A stretch of DNA of 49,034 nucleotides from an uncultured Oscillospiraceae bacterium. Its GTDB lineage: Bacteria > Bacillota > Clostridia > Oscillospirales > Oscillospiraceae. This document shows, in pieces, positions 19,163 to 28,645 of the stretch; position 1 is the stretch's first letter; every line of letters starts with the position of its first letter. The notes beneath the pieces are model-generated. The model was not told the DNA's origin. It made no database searches and was given only the letters and a program-made list of their open reading frames with translations. The position numbers and the translations under genes are program-made. The stretch is taken from assembly GCA_937915075.1 (NCBI GenBank), contig CALDMA010000085.1, positions 1 to 49,034 of the forward strand, given 5' to 3'.

Positions 19163-21145
19163 ATGCCGCACATCGAACAGCTATCCCCTCATATCGCCAA
19201 CCTCATTGCCGCCGGCGAGGTCGTCGAGCGTCCCGCGAGCGTCGTCAAGGAGCTTTTGGAAAACGCCATCGACGCGGGCGCGAGAAACGTCACCGTCGAG
19301 CTGCAAAACGGCGGGCTGACCTATCTGCGCGTCACGGACGACGGCTGCGGCATCGCGCCCGATGAGCTGCCCACCGCCTTTCTGCGCCACGCGACGAGCA
19401 AGCTCCGCACCGCCGCCGATCTGGCCGCCATCGGCACGCTCGGCTTCCGCGGTGAAGCGCTCGCCGCCATCGCGTCCGTTTCCCATCTTGATATCTTCTC
19501 GCGCCAGACGGGCGCCGCGAGCGGCGCGACACTGCATCTCGACGGCGGCAAGCCGCTCTCCGTCGAGCCCGCGGGCTGTCCCGAGGGCACGAGCATCATC
19601 GTGCGCGACCTTTTCTACAACACGCCCGCGCGGCTGAAGTTCATGAAGCAGGATCGCGCCGAGGCGACCGCCATTGCGGGCCTTGCCGCGCACATTGCGC
19701 TCTCGCACCCCGATATCTCCTTCCGTCTCATCAAGGACGGCAGGGAGGAGCTGCACACCCCCGGCGACGGCAAGCCCCTCAGCGCCGTCTACGCCGCGCT
19801 GGGCCGCGATTTTGCCCTCGCGCTGGTCGAGGTCCACGGGCGTGACGGTCAGCTCGCCGTTGACGGCTTTGTGACGAAGCCCCTCGCGGGCCGCGGAACG
19901 CGAGGGATGCAGACCTTTTTCGTCAACGGCCGCTTCATCAAGTCGCAGCTCCTCACCGCCGCGGTGGAGGAAGCCTATGCAAACCGCCTGATGAAGGGCA
20001 AATTCCCCGGCTGCGTGCTGAACGTCACGCTGCCGGCGGATATGGTAGACGTAAACGCCCCCCCCGCCAAGACAGTCGTGAAATTCCTCAACGAAAAGCA
20101 GGTCTTCGACCTTGTGTACCACGCCGCGTCCGACGCGCTCGACCGCGACGGCGCGCCCGAGCCGCAGCATACACCGCCGAAACCGGCCGCACAGGCCCCC
20201 AAGCCGCAGGAATTTTACCGCAGCATGACCGCGCAGGAGTGGCGCGCGCAGAACGAGGTCAAAAGGCCGGAGCCGCCCAAAAGGGACGCGCCCTTCATCG
20301 CCGTCACGTCCGCCTCGAGCGAGCTGGGCGGGCGCGTGAGCGTCAGCGACTTCGTCCGCCGCACACCGGCTCCTCCGGCGGAAAGGCCGGAGGACGGACG
20401 CATCCTTCCGAAGATGGTCGAGGCCGCCTTCATGCCGCCGCGCGATGAAGCGGCAAAGCCGGAAGCGCCCACCGCACCGCACGCCGAGGCGCCCGCCGCG
20501 CCCGTTTTCGCCGCGCAGACCACACTCGGGACCGCGCCTGCCGAGCCGGAGCAGACGGTGATTGAGCCGGAGCCGACCGCGCCGTGGCGCATTGCGGGCG
20601 AGGTGCTCGACACCTACATCGTCTGCGAGGACGCGGAGAAAAACGTCTGGCTGATCGACAAGCACGCCGCGCACGAGCGCGTGAATTTCGACCGCTTCAA
20701 GGCGAACCTTGAGCCCATCATGTCACAGGAGCTTCTGACCCCCGTGGTCGCGCAGTTCGCCGCGGCGGAGTACACCGCTCTTGTCGGGCAGCTCGCGCTG
20801 CTGCGCGAGTTCGGCTTCGCCTGCGAGGAGTTCGGCGACGGCGCGATTTTGATCCGCGCCCTGCCCGCCGACATTCCCGCCGAGGACGCCGCGGCAAGCC
20901 TTGAGGACCTTGCGGGCCGCCTCGTCGAGACGCATCACGCCGACCCGGAAAGCGCCCGCGACGCGCTGCTGCACACCATGGCCTGCAAGGCCGCCATCAA
21001 GGGCGGCTGGAAGAGCGACGAGCGCGAGCTTCGCGTGCTGGCGGATAAGGTGCAGTCGGGCGAGATCCGATTCTGCCCGCACGGACGGCCCGTGGCCGTC
21101 AAGCTCACCAAATACGAGCTGGAAAAAATGTTCAAACGCGCCTGA
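19163..21145 (+). CDS. mutL: DNA mismatch repair endonuclease MutL
   Basis: IAAGEVVERP, KELLENAIDA, GFRGEAL; endonuclease motifs DKHAAHER, ACK, CPHGRP. Confidence 0.97.
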   Translation: MPHIEQLSPHIANLIAAGEVVERPASVVKELLENAIDAGARNVTVELQNGGLTYLRVTDDGCGIAPDELPTAFLRHATSKLRTAADLAAIGTLGFRGEALAAIASVSHLDIFSRQTGAASGATLHLDGGKPLSVEPAGCPEGTSIIVRDLFYNTPARLKFMKQDRAEATAIAGLAAHIALSHPDISFRLIKDGREELHTPGDGKPLSAVYAALGRDFALALVEVHGRDGQLAVDGFVTKPLAGRGTRGMQTFFVNGRFIKSQLLTAAVEEAYANRLMKGKFPGCVLNVTLPADMVDVNAPPAKTVVKFLNEKQVFDLVYHAASDALDRDGAPEPQHTPPKPAAQAPKPQEFYRSMTAQEWRAQNEVKRPEPPKRDAPFIAVTSASSELGGRVSVSDFVRRTPAPPAERPEDGRILPKMVEAAFMPPRDEAAKPEAPTAPHAEAPAAPVFAAQTTLGTAPAEPEQTVIEPEPTAPWRIAGEVLDTYIVCEDAEKNVWLIDKHAAHERVNFDRFKANLEPIMSQELLTPVVAQFAAAEYTALVGQLALLREFGFACEEFGDGAILIRALPADIPAEDAAASLEDLAGRLVETHHADPESARDALLHTMACKAAIKGGWKSDERELRVLADKVQSGEIRFCPHGRPVAVKLTKYELEKMFKRA

Positions 21146-21163
21146 GCGCGGAAAGGAGACGCC

Positions 21164-22108
21164 ATGCCGCCCAAGGTAGTTTGCATCGTCGGCCCGACCG
21201 GCTGCGGAAAGACCGGCCTCGGCGTCGCGCTAGCCGAAAGGCTCGGCGGCGAGGTCGTCTCCTGCGATTCCATGCAGCTCTACCGCGGCATGGTCATCGG
21301 CACCGCCGCGCCAACCGAAGCAGAGACGCGGGGCGTGCCGCACCACATGGTCGGCGTAATCGACCCGCGCGAGGATTACTCCGTGGCGCGTTACGCCGTG
21401 GACGCCGCCGAATGTGTGGACGGTATCCTCGCGCGTGGAAGACTGCCCATCCTCGTCGGCGGCACGGGGCTGTACCTCGACGCGCTCCTGCGCGGACACG
21501 GTTACGCTCCCGGCACGACCGGCGGAGAGACGCGCACGCTTCTGGAGCGGCGCTGGAACGACGAGGGCGGCGAGGCCCTCTTTGTCGAGCTGCGCTCCAT
21601 TGATCCGGAAAGCGCCGCCGCGCTGCACCCGAACGACAAAAAGCGCGTCATCCGCGCGCTTGAGGTCTACCGCGAGACGGGAAAGACCATGTCGCAGCAC
21701 AATGCCGACACCCGGCTCGTCCCGCCGCGCTACGAACCCGTCTACCTCGGTCTTGCCTACGCCGACCGCGAGGAGATGAAGCGTCTCATCGACCTCCGCG
21801 TGGACCAAATGGTCGCGCAGGGCCTGTTCGACGAGGTGCGCGCTCTGGTCGAGAGCGGTGTGCCGCGCACGGCGACGGCAATGCAGGCCATCGGCTATAA
21901 GGAGTGTCTGGGCTGTCTCGCAGGCGAATGCACGCAGGATGAGGCCGTCGCCGAGATCAAGCTCCGCTCGCGCCAGTATGCCAAGCGCCAGCTCACCTGG
22001 CTGCGGCGGAACAAGGACATTCACTGGTTCTACCGGAAAAATTCCCGCGATCTTCCCGCCGCTTTACATTTTTCGACAGAAATTCTCACGAACCTTGGCG
22101 TATCCTGA
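21164..22108 (+). CDS. miaA: tRNA dimethylallyltransferase MiaA
   Basis: GPTGCGKT, DSMQLY, VGGTGLY, AIGYKE, YAKRQLTW. Confidence 0.97.
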   Translation: MPPKVVCIVGPTGCGKTGLGVALAERLGGEVVSCDSMQLYRGMVIGTAAPTEAETRGVPHHMVGVIDPREDYSVARYAVDAAECVDGILARGRLPILVGGTGLYLDALLRGHGYAPGTTGGETRTLLERRWNDEGGEALFVELRSIDPESAAALHPNDKKRVIRALEVYRETGKTMSQHNADTRLVPPRYEPVYLGLAYADREEMKRLIDLRVDQMVAQGLFDEVRALVESGVPRTATAMQAIGYKECLGCLAGECTQDEAVAEIKLRSRQYAKRQLTWLRRNKDIHWFYRKNSRDLPAALHFSTEILTNLGVS

Positions 22109-22168
22109 TTTTATACGGACGGCACACATAAAACCGCCGCCCGAATAAAAAGAAAGGGTACATCCAAC

Positions 22169-22411
22169 ATGAAAAAGACAGCCAATCTTCAGGACATTTT
22201 CCTCACCAAGGCCCGCAAGCAGGGCGTGCCGCTGACCGTGTTCCTCGTCAACGGCTTCCAGATGCGCGGCAGCGTGACCGGCTTCGACAGCTTCACCGTC
22301 GTTCTTTTGAGCGAGGGGCGGCAGCAGATGATCTACAAGCACGCGATCTCGACCATTGCGCCGCTGAGTCCCATCGACCTGCACGAGGCGGACGAGACCG
22401 GGGAGGAATGA
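22169..22411 (+). CDS. hfq: RNA chaperone Hfq
   Basis: [32 protein letters not shown]. Confidence 0.97.
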   Translation: MKKTANLQDIFLTKARKQGVPLTVFLVNGFQMRGSVTGFDSFTVVLLSEGRQQMIYKHAISTIAPLSPIDLHEADETGEE

Positions 22412-22432
22412 CCTGAGCCCTTCGAGGTGCCT

Positions 22433-23665
22433 ATGAGATCCCGATCCCTATCGACAAAACTGATCTTTGTTTTCCTGTTTCTCGCTGTGGCCGCCTACTT
22501 CAGCGTGCAGGCCTACCGCTACTTCGTCGACCCGCAGACCACCACGCTCGTCTACGCCTACTCCAGCGAGGACGCCATCGCCGCGACCGGCTATTTCGTG
22601 CGCGACGAGCAGGTGATCGCGTGCAGCGAAACGCTTCTCGAGCTTGAGCGCGCCGAGGGCGAGCGCGTAAACGCGGGCGGCACGCTCGCAACGGTCTACC
22701 GCAGCGAGAGCGCGCTGAACGACCACCGCCAGCTCCGCGCGCTCCGGTCCCGGCTTGAGCAGCTGCAATACGCGCGCGAGGCGTCCCGCAATGCCGAGAC
22801 CGCGCTCAAGCTCGACGGTGACATCCGCGAGGACCTCTTCGCGCTGCGCGCGGCCCTTGCCGCCGAAAGCTGGACGAGCGTCGAGTCCGCCGCTGAGGAG
22901 CTGCGCACGACCGTCCTCAAGCGCGAATACGCCTATGCGGGCGCAGATGATCTGAGCGCGCGCATCGACACGCTCCAATCCGAGATCAGCGCGCTCTCCG
23001 GCCGTCTGGATGGCGGCACGCAGACCATCCGCGCACCGTTTGCCGGCACCTACAGCGCCGTTGCCGACGGCTACGAGACCGTTCTGACCCCTGCGGCACT
23101 GGAGAATATGACTGTCTCGCAGTACGACGCCATCGCCCCCGAGGCGGCAAGCTCGACCGTGGGCCGGCTCATCGTCGGCGAGGAGTGGCGCTTCGTCACC
23201 GTGCTGAGTGCCTCGGATGCCGCACGGCTGCAGAAGGGGCAGACCCTCAGCCTGCGCGCCGCGACCGGCGTGGACTTCGATCTTGACGTCACCGTCGAGC
23301 GCATCGGGCGTGAGGAAAACGGCCGCGTGATCGTCGTCCTGCGCGGCGACAGCCATCTGGCCTACGTCACGCTCCTGCGCGCGCAGAACGTTGAGCTGAT
23401 CCTCGCGCGCTACGAGGGGCTGCGCATCCCCAAAAACGCCCTCCGCGTGGACGCGGACGGCAGCAGCGGCGTTTACTGCCTTGTGGGGCTGCGCGCCTAC
23501 CGCAAGCCGGTGGAGGTCCTCTGGCAGGGCGAGGATTACTGCCTCGTCCGGCCTGTCGCCATTGAAACAACCAGCGAAAGCCTGCTCCAGCTCTACACGC
23601 TGCGCGCCGGCGACGAGGTGATCGTCTCGGCAAACGATCTATACGATGGAAAGGTGGTCGAATGA
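22433..23665 (+). CDS. HlyD-like/membrane-fusion-type protein (start 22427 GTG or 22433 ATG)
   Basis: N-terminal TM segment, lipoyl-like halves (EGERVNAG / IRAPFAG) flanking a coiled coil, GLRIPKNAL. Confidence 0.7.
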   Translation: MRSRSLSTKLIFVFLFLAVAAYFSVQAYRYFVDPQTTTLVYAYSSEDAIAATGYFVRDEQVIACSETLLELERAEGERVNAGGTLATVYRSESALNDHRQLRALRSRLEQLQYAREASRNAETALKLDGDIREDLFALRAALAAESWTSVESAAEELRTTVLKREYAYAGADDLSARIDTLQSEISALSGRLDGGTQTIRAPFAGTYSAVADGYETVLTPAALENMTVSQYDAIAPEAASSTVGRLIVGEEWRFVTVLSASDAARLQKGQTLSLRAATGVDFDLDVTVERIGREENGRVIVVLRGDSHLAYVTLLRAQNVELILARYEGLRIPKNALRVDADGSSGVYCLVGLRAYRKPVEVLWQGEDYCLVRPVAIETTSESLLQLYTLRAGDEVIVSANDLYDGKVVE

Positions 23666-24363
23666 ACATGAGCATTCGGGAAAACATTCAGCAGGTACGA
23701 AAAAACATCGCCGCCGCGGCGCTCTCCGCCGGGCGCAGGCCCGAGGACATCACACTCGTCGGCGCGAGCAAGATGAACGATGCCGCGGCCTGCCGCGAGG
23801 CCATCGCCGCGGGCATCGACGCGCTCGGCGAGAACCGCGTGCAGGAGATGACGCAGAAGCTCGCGGAGAACGCCTACGACGGCGCGCCTCTGCACTTCAT
23901 CGGCCATCTCCAGCGCAACAAGGTAAAGCAGGTCGTCGGCAAGGTCGCGCTCATCGAATCCGTCGGCTCCTACGAGCTGCTTGAGGATATCGACCGCCAG
24001 GCCGAAAAGCTCGGTATCGTCCAGCCCATTCTCCTTGAGGTCAACATCGGCGGGGAGGAGGCCAAGAGCGGCTTTGCCGTCTCCGAGGTCCGCGCCGCCG
24101 CCGAAAGAGCCAAGGGTCTCTCCCACGTCGTGCTGCGCGGGCTGATGACCATTCCGCCGGTTGCCGAGGGAGAGCACGGGAGCGTGCCCTACTTTGAAAA
24201 AGTTCATGCGCTTTATGTTGACATCAACGCGAGTTTGTATGATAATAAGCTTGATATATTATCGATGGGCATGAGCGGCGATTACGAGGATGCCGTCCGC
24301 TGCGGCGCGACAATGGTGCGCGTCGGCACGGCGATCTTCGGCGCGCGCCACTATACGCTTTGA
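23662..24363 (+). CDS. yggS: YggS/YlmE pyridoxal phosphate homeostasis protein
   Basis: GASK, GENRVQE, HFIGHLQRNK, LSMGMSGDY, VRVGTAIFG. Confidence 0.95.
   Translation: MNMSIRENIQQVRKNIAAAALSAGRRPEDITLVGASKMNDAAACREAIAAGIDALGENRVQEMTQKLAENAYDGAPLHFIGHLQRNKVKQVVGKVALIESVGSYELLEDIDRQAEKLGIVQPILLEVNIGGEEAKSGFAVSEVRAAAERAKGLSHVVLRGLMTIPPVAEGEHGSVPYFEKVHALYVDINASLYDNKLDILSMGMSGDYEDAVRCGATMVRVGTAIFGARHYTL
24218..24246 (+). promoter_or_regulatory. Candidate internal promoter for sepF-divIVA inside yggS
   Basis: TTGACA-17 bp-GATAAT within an AT-rich patch of a GC-rich CDS. Confidence 0.55.
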
Positions 24364-24381
24364 TACAGGGAGGTTTTTTCC

Positions 24382-24843
24382 ATGGGACTCATTGACGATC
24401 TGAAGAAATGGGCGCATCCCTACGAGGATGAGGACGAAGAATATGAGGACGATTTTCCCGATCTCGGCTCCCGCGATACGGGCGCCTTTGCCGACGAGCG
24501 GCCCAGCCGCCGCGAGCGCGACCGCGACGAGGACCGCCGCAACAAGGTCGTCAACATCCACGCGACGACGCAGCTCAAGGTCGTGCTCGTCAAGCCCGAG
24601 CGCTTTGAAAATGCCAGCGAGATCGCCGACCACCTGAAGGAAAAGCGCACGGTGGTCATCAACCTCGAATCCACGAACAAGGACATTGCCCGCCGCCTCA
24701 TCGACTTCCTCTCCGGCGTCGCCTACGCGGGCGAGGGCAAGATCAAGAAGGTCGCGGCCAACACCTACATCATCACGCCCTACCACGTCGATATCATGGG
24801 CGACCTGATCGACGAGCTGGAAAACAACGGACTGTATTTATAA
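24382..24843 (+). CDS. sepF: Cell division protein SepF
   Basis: PERFENASEIADHLK, VVINLE, RRLIDFLSG, YIITP. Confidence 0.95.
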   Translation: MGLIDDLKKWAHPYEDEDEEYEDDFPDLGSRDTGAFADERPSRRERDRDEDRRNKVVNIHATTQLKVVLVKPERFENASEIADHLKEKRTVVINLESTNKDIARRLIDFLSGVAYAGEGKIKKVAANTYIITPYHVDIMGDLIDELENNGLYL

Positions 24844-24861
24844 GAGACGGAGGGCTGCACG

Positions 24862-25560
24862 ATGCTGACACCGCAGGAGGTTTCCAACCACGCATTCGCC
24901 AAGGCCGTCATGGGCGGCTACAATATGGCCATGGTCGATGAGTTTCTTGACGAGCTGACCGACGACTATACCTCGCTTTACAAGGAAAACGCCGCGCTCA
25001 AGGCAAAGATGAAGGTGCTCGTGGACAAGGTCGAGGAATACCGCTCGACCGAGGACGCCATGCGCGCCGCGCTGCTGACCGCGCAGAAGATGGCCAACAG
25101 CATGGTCGCCGAGGCGGAGGAGAAGAAGAAGTCTCTGCTTGAAAACGCCGAGAGCGAGGCCAACCGCAAGATCGGCGCGCTGCGCGACGAGGTCGCGCAG
25201 GAGGAGCGCCGCCTGACCGCCGCCAAGGCCGAGACCGCGGACTTCCTCGCCCGCGTGCGCGAGCTTTACGAGCGTGAAATGAAGCTCCTCGAGGAGCTTC
25301 CCGAGGCGGACCTCGCCCCTGCGGCTCCGCTGGAGCTCGCCAAGCCCGCCGCCGACGTCAGCGAGATCGAAAAGAGCATCATGGATTCCTTCAAGCTCCC
25401 CGATCTCACAAAGACGGCGGAGGTCGAGCCGGAGGCTGAGGAAGCGCCCGAGGAGCCGGAGGAGAGCCCGGAGGAGGGCAATCCCTTCCTCGATTCCGCG
25501 ACCCGCGCCATCAAGCTCAGCGACCTCAAGTTCGGCCGCAACTACCACGGCGAAGAATAA
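24862..25560 (+). CDS. divIVA: DivIVA-domain protein
   Basis: MLTPQEV...F...GY...VDEFLD followed by a coiled coil. Confidence 0.9.
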   Translation: MLTPQEVSNHAFAKAVMGGYNMAMVDEFLDELTDDYTSLYKENAALKAKMKVLVDKVEEYRSTEDAMRAALLTAQKMANSMVAEAEEKKKSLLENAESEANRKIGALRDEVAQEERRLTAAKAETADFLARVRELYEREMKLLEELPEADLAPAAPLELAKPAADVSEIEKSIMDSFKLPDLTKTAEVEPEAEEAPEEPEESPEEGNPFLDSATRAIKLSDLKFGRNYHGEE

Positions 25561-25570
25561 AACGCACTTC

Positions 25571-25602
25571 AAAAGAGCGGCTCTCTCCGAGCCGCTTTTT
25601 TC
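25571..25602 (+). terminator. Intrinsic terminator after divIVA
   Basis: aaaagagcggctc-tctcc-gagccgcttttt. Confidence 0.8.
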
Positions 25603-25615
25603 ACAGGAGGACACC

Positions 25616-26494
25616 ATGACCAAACGCCCCATCGTCGCGTTCCTTTACGACTTCGATAAGACCCTCTGCACCACCGATATGGAGGATTACGCCTTTATCC
25701 CCTCCCTCGGCTACACGCCCTCGGAATTCTGGGCAAAGGCCAACGGCTTCGGCTATGAGAACAAAATGGACGGCCTGCTCGCCTATATGTACACCATGAT
25801 CCGCGAGTGCGCCGCGCAGGGCATCCGTCTCGACCGCGATTATCTGATCCGCTCAGGTGAGGCCATTGAGCTGTTTCCCGGCGTGCGCGAGTGGTTCGCC
25901 CGCATCACCGCCTACGGCGCGGACCTCGGCGTGGACGTGGAGCACTACGTCATCTCCTCCGGCCTGCGCGAGATCATCGAGGGCAGCGGCATCGCCCATG
26001 AGTTCAAGCAGATCTACGCCTGCGAGTTCTATTACGACGAAAGCGGCCTCGCCGCCTGGCCGAAGCTGGACGTCAACTTCACGAACAAGACGCAGTTCGT
26101 CTACCGCATCAACAAGGGCATTCTCGACATCGCCCGCGACAAGGAGCTCAACGACTCCATGCCGGACGATTCCAAGCGCGTGCCGTTCACCAACATGGTC
26201 TACGTCGGCGACGGCCTTTCGGACGTGCCCTGCATGAAGATGATGCGCGCCTACGGCGGGCAGGCTGTCGCGGTCTACCAAAAGAGCAACCGCGCGGGCG
26301 TGGAAAAGCTTTTGCAGGACGGGCGCGTAGACTTCATTTTCCCCGCCGACTACCGCGAGGGAACGGAGTTTGACAAAACGGTACACAACATTCTGCGCAA
26401 AATGGCGGTCTCCGACGCGCTGAGCGAGAAGAACGCCGAGCAGCTGCGCGCCATCGGACAGGGCGACGACCCCGATCAGGTCATGCTATTCTAA
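25616..26494 (+). CDS. HAD-family hydrolase
   Basis: YDFDKTL, ISSG, YVGDGLSDVP. Confidence 0.9.
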   Translation: MTKRPIVAFLYDFDKTLCTTDMEDYAFIPSLGYTPSEFWAKANGFGYENKMDGLLAYMYTMIRECAAQGIRLDRDYLIRSGEAIELFPGVREWFARITAYGADLGVDVEHYVISSGLREIIEGSGIAHEFKQIYACEFYYDESGLAAWPKLDVNFTNKTQFVYRINKGILDIARDKELNDSMPDDSKRVPFTNMVYVGDGLSDVPCMKMMRAYGGQAVAVYQKSNRAGVEKLLQDGRVDFIFPADYREGTEFDKTVHNILRKMAVSDALSEKNAEQLRAIGQGDDPDQVMLF

Positions 26495-26505
26495 AGGAGA
26501 ACGCT

Positions 26506-27390
26506 ATGGACGAAATGAACACCGTCGGCACGCTCTACATCGTGGCGACGCCCATCGGCAACGCGCGCGACATGACCGAGCGTGGCCGTCAGATCCTGGA
26601 GACGGCGGACATCATCGCGGCGGAGGACACCCGCCGCTCCGTCGTGCTGCTCAACAAGCTCGGCATCCGCGGCAATCAGCTCTCCGCCAATCACAAGTTC
26701 AACGAATACGGCAAGGCCAAGTGGTTCATCGAGCAGCTCCGGCAGGGCAAGAGCATTGCCGTCATCACCGACGCGGGTACGCCCTGCATTTCCGACCCCG
26801 GCAACGAGCTGATCCGCGCCGCCATCGACGCGGGCATCCGCGTGGTCGGCGTGCCCGGCTGCTGCGCCGCGGTCACGGCGCTGTCCATCTCGGGCTTCGA
26901 TCTTTCGACCTTCTTTTTCTTCGGCTTCTTCCCGCGGGAGGCCGCCGACCGCCGCCGTGCGCTTGCCATGATGCGCCGCGGCGACACGCGCACCTACTGC
27001 TTTTACGAAAGCCCCAAGCGCATCATGGACGCGGTGGAGTTCTTTATTTCGGAGCGCGCCGGCGTGCGGCTGTGCCTGTGCAACGACATGACCAAGCTCC
27101 ACGAGACGACCTTCCGCGGCACGCCCGCCGAGGTACGTGACCAACTGCTCGCCAAGGGCAGCTACGATAAGGGCGAATACGTCCTGCTCTGCGAGGTGGA
27201 GGAGGACTATCTCATCACCGAGGTCGAGCACGTCTCCTCGCCCGAGGCGCTGCTTGTGGACTGCATGGTGCAGCATGACTGCACCGCCAAGGACGCCATC
27301 AAGCTGCTCCTCAAGGACGACAACAACACCTACAGCAAAAACGAGCTCTACACCGCGCATCTTGCCCTGAAAGAGAGGTTCGGCGCATGA
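26506..27390 (+). CDS. rsmI: 16S rRNA (cytidine1402-2'-O)-methyltransferase RsmI
   Basis: LYIVATPIGN, AAEDTR, DAGTPCISDPG, FYESPKR, TKLHE. Confidence 0.92.
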   Translation: MDEMNTVGTLYIVATPIGNARDMTERGRQILETADIIAAEDTRRSVVLLNKLGIRGNQLSANHKFNEYGKAKWFIEQLRQGKSIAVITDAGTPCISDPGNELIRAAIDAGIRVVGVPGCCAAVTALSISGFDLSTFFFFGFFPREAADRRRALAMMRRGDTRTYCFYESPKRIMDAVEFFISERAGVRLCLCNDMTKLHETTFRGTPAEVRDQLLAKGSYDKGEYVLLCEVEEDYLITEVEHVSSPEALLVDCMVQHDCTAKDAIKLLLKDDNNTYSKNELYTAHLALKERFGA

Positions 27391-28559
27391 GCATTGTGTT
27401 GGACGACCTCACCGCGCGGCTCGACACGCTCACCAAGGCCGTGCTTTCCCAGCCGCTCGCGCGCATCGGCTGCTCCAGGGTGACCATCCGCCCGTTGTCG
27501 CTGCGCGGCAAGGCGTTCTTTCAGCTCGAGTACCAGCAGGGGCAGAAGGTCTCGCACCGCAACGTGACGAAGGGCGAGCTGTCCGAGCTGTTCGCGCAGG
27601 AGCTGGACGGTCTCTATCTTCAGGCCGTGCTCTGCACCGAAACGGAGACGCGCCAGTACATCCGCAAGGCGAACGGCAGCTACAAATGCACCGCAAAGGG
27701 TGAGACGCAGCGCACCGCAGCGCCGAAGGCGCATGACCGCCGAAAGGAATACATCCTTGCCGAGGGCGAGAACATTCCCGCGCTCGTCGACCTCGGTGTG
27801 TTCACGCCGGACCTCCGCATCGTCAAGGCGAAGTACGATAAGTACAAGCAGATCAACCGCTTCATTGAGCTGGTGGACGACGCTTTCCGCGCCTCGGAGC
27901 AGTCGGAGATCGCCATCCTCGATTTCGGCTGCGGCAAATCCTACCTCACGTTCATCCTCTACTATTATTTCACCGTCAAGCGCGGCGTGAAAGCGACCAT
28001 TCTCGGTTACGACCTCAAGGAGGATGTGGTGGAGCATTGCAATGCCATCGCGCAAAAGTACGGCTACGACGGCCTGCGCTTCGTCGTCAGCGACGTCACG
28101 CGCGACACGCTCGCCGATACCCACGTCGATATGGTCGTCACGCTCCACGCCTGCGACACCGCCACAGACTATGCCCTCTGGTACGCCGTCGAAAAGGGCG
28201 TGAAGCACATCTTCTCCGTTCCCTGCTGCCAGCACGAGGTCAACGCCACCATCCACAAGGGCGGCGATTTCGACGTGCTGCTGCGCCACGGCCTTTTGCA
28301 GGAGCGTTTTTCCGCCCTGCTGACCGATTCCATCCGCGCCGCCGTGCTTGAGGACATGGGCTACACGGTGGACGTGATCGAATTCATCGACTTTGCCCAC
28401 TCGCCGAAAAACCTCATGCTCCGCTGCATCAAGGACCGCCGCGTGGGACAGCGGAACCTTTCCGCCGCGCGGGAGCTCGCGGAAAAATACGGCTTCCGTC
28501 AGACGCTTCTGGAGCTTGCGGAGAAAAAATGTCACAGCGCGCAAAACACCGCCGGTTAG
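27387..28559 (+). CDS. Class I SAM-dependent methyltransferase
   Basis: KYKQINRF, LDFGCGKSYLTF, LHACDTATD, VPCC. Confidence 0.88.
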   Translation: MSIVLDDLTARLDTLTKAVLSQPLARIGCSRVTIRPLSLRGKAFFQLEYQQGQKVSHRNVTKGELSELFAQELDGLYLQAVLCTETETRQYIRKANGSYKCTAKGETQRTAAPKAHDRRKEYILAEGENIPALVDLGVFTPDLRIVKAKYDKYKQINRFIELVDDAFRASEQSEIAILDFGCGKSYLTFILYYYFTVKRGVKATILGYDLKEDVVEHCNAIAQKYGYDGLRFVVSDVTRDTLADTHVDMVVTLHACDTATDYALWYAVEKGVKHIFSVPCCQHEVNATIHKGGDFDVLLRHGLLQERFSALLTDSIRAAVLEDMGYTVDVIEFIDFAHSPKNLMLRCIKDRRVGQRNLSAARELAEKYGFRQTLLELAEKKCHSAQNTAG

Positions 28560-28569
28560 GCGGTGTTTT
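28543..28569 (+). terminator. Intrinsic terminator
   Basis: aaaacaccgcc-ggtta-ggcggtgtttt. Confidence 0.75.
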
Positions 28570-28575
28570 CTCTTC

Positions 28576-28604
28576 TTGACAGGGGAATGCTTTCGCAGTA
28601 AGAT
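28576..28604 (+). promoter_or_regulatory. Sigma-A promoter of the ThrE-family gene
   Basis: TTGACA-17 bp-TAAGAT. Confidence 0.7.
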
Positions 28605-28645
28605 AATGCCCGCCGTTCCACAAAACGGCGGCAGGAGTGATATTC

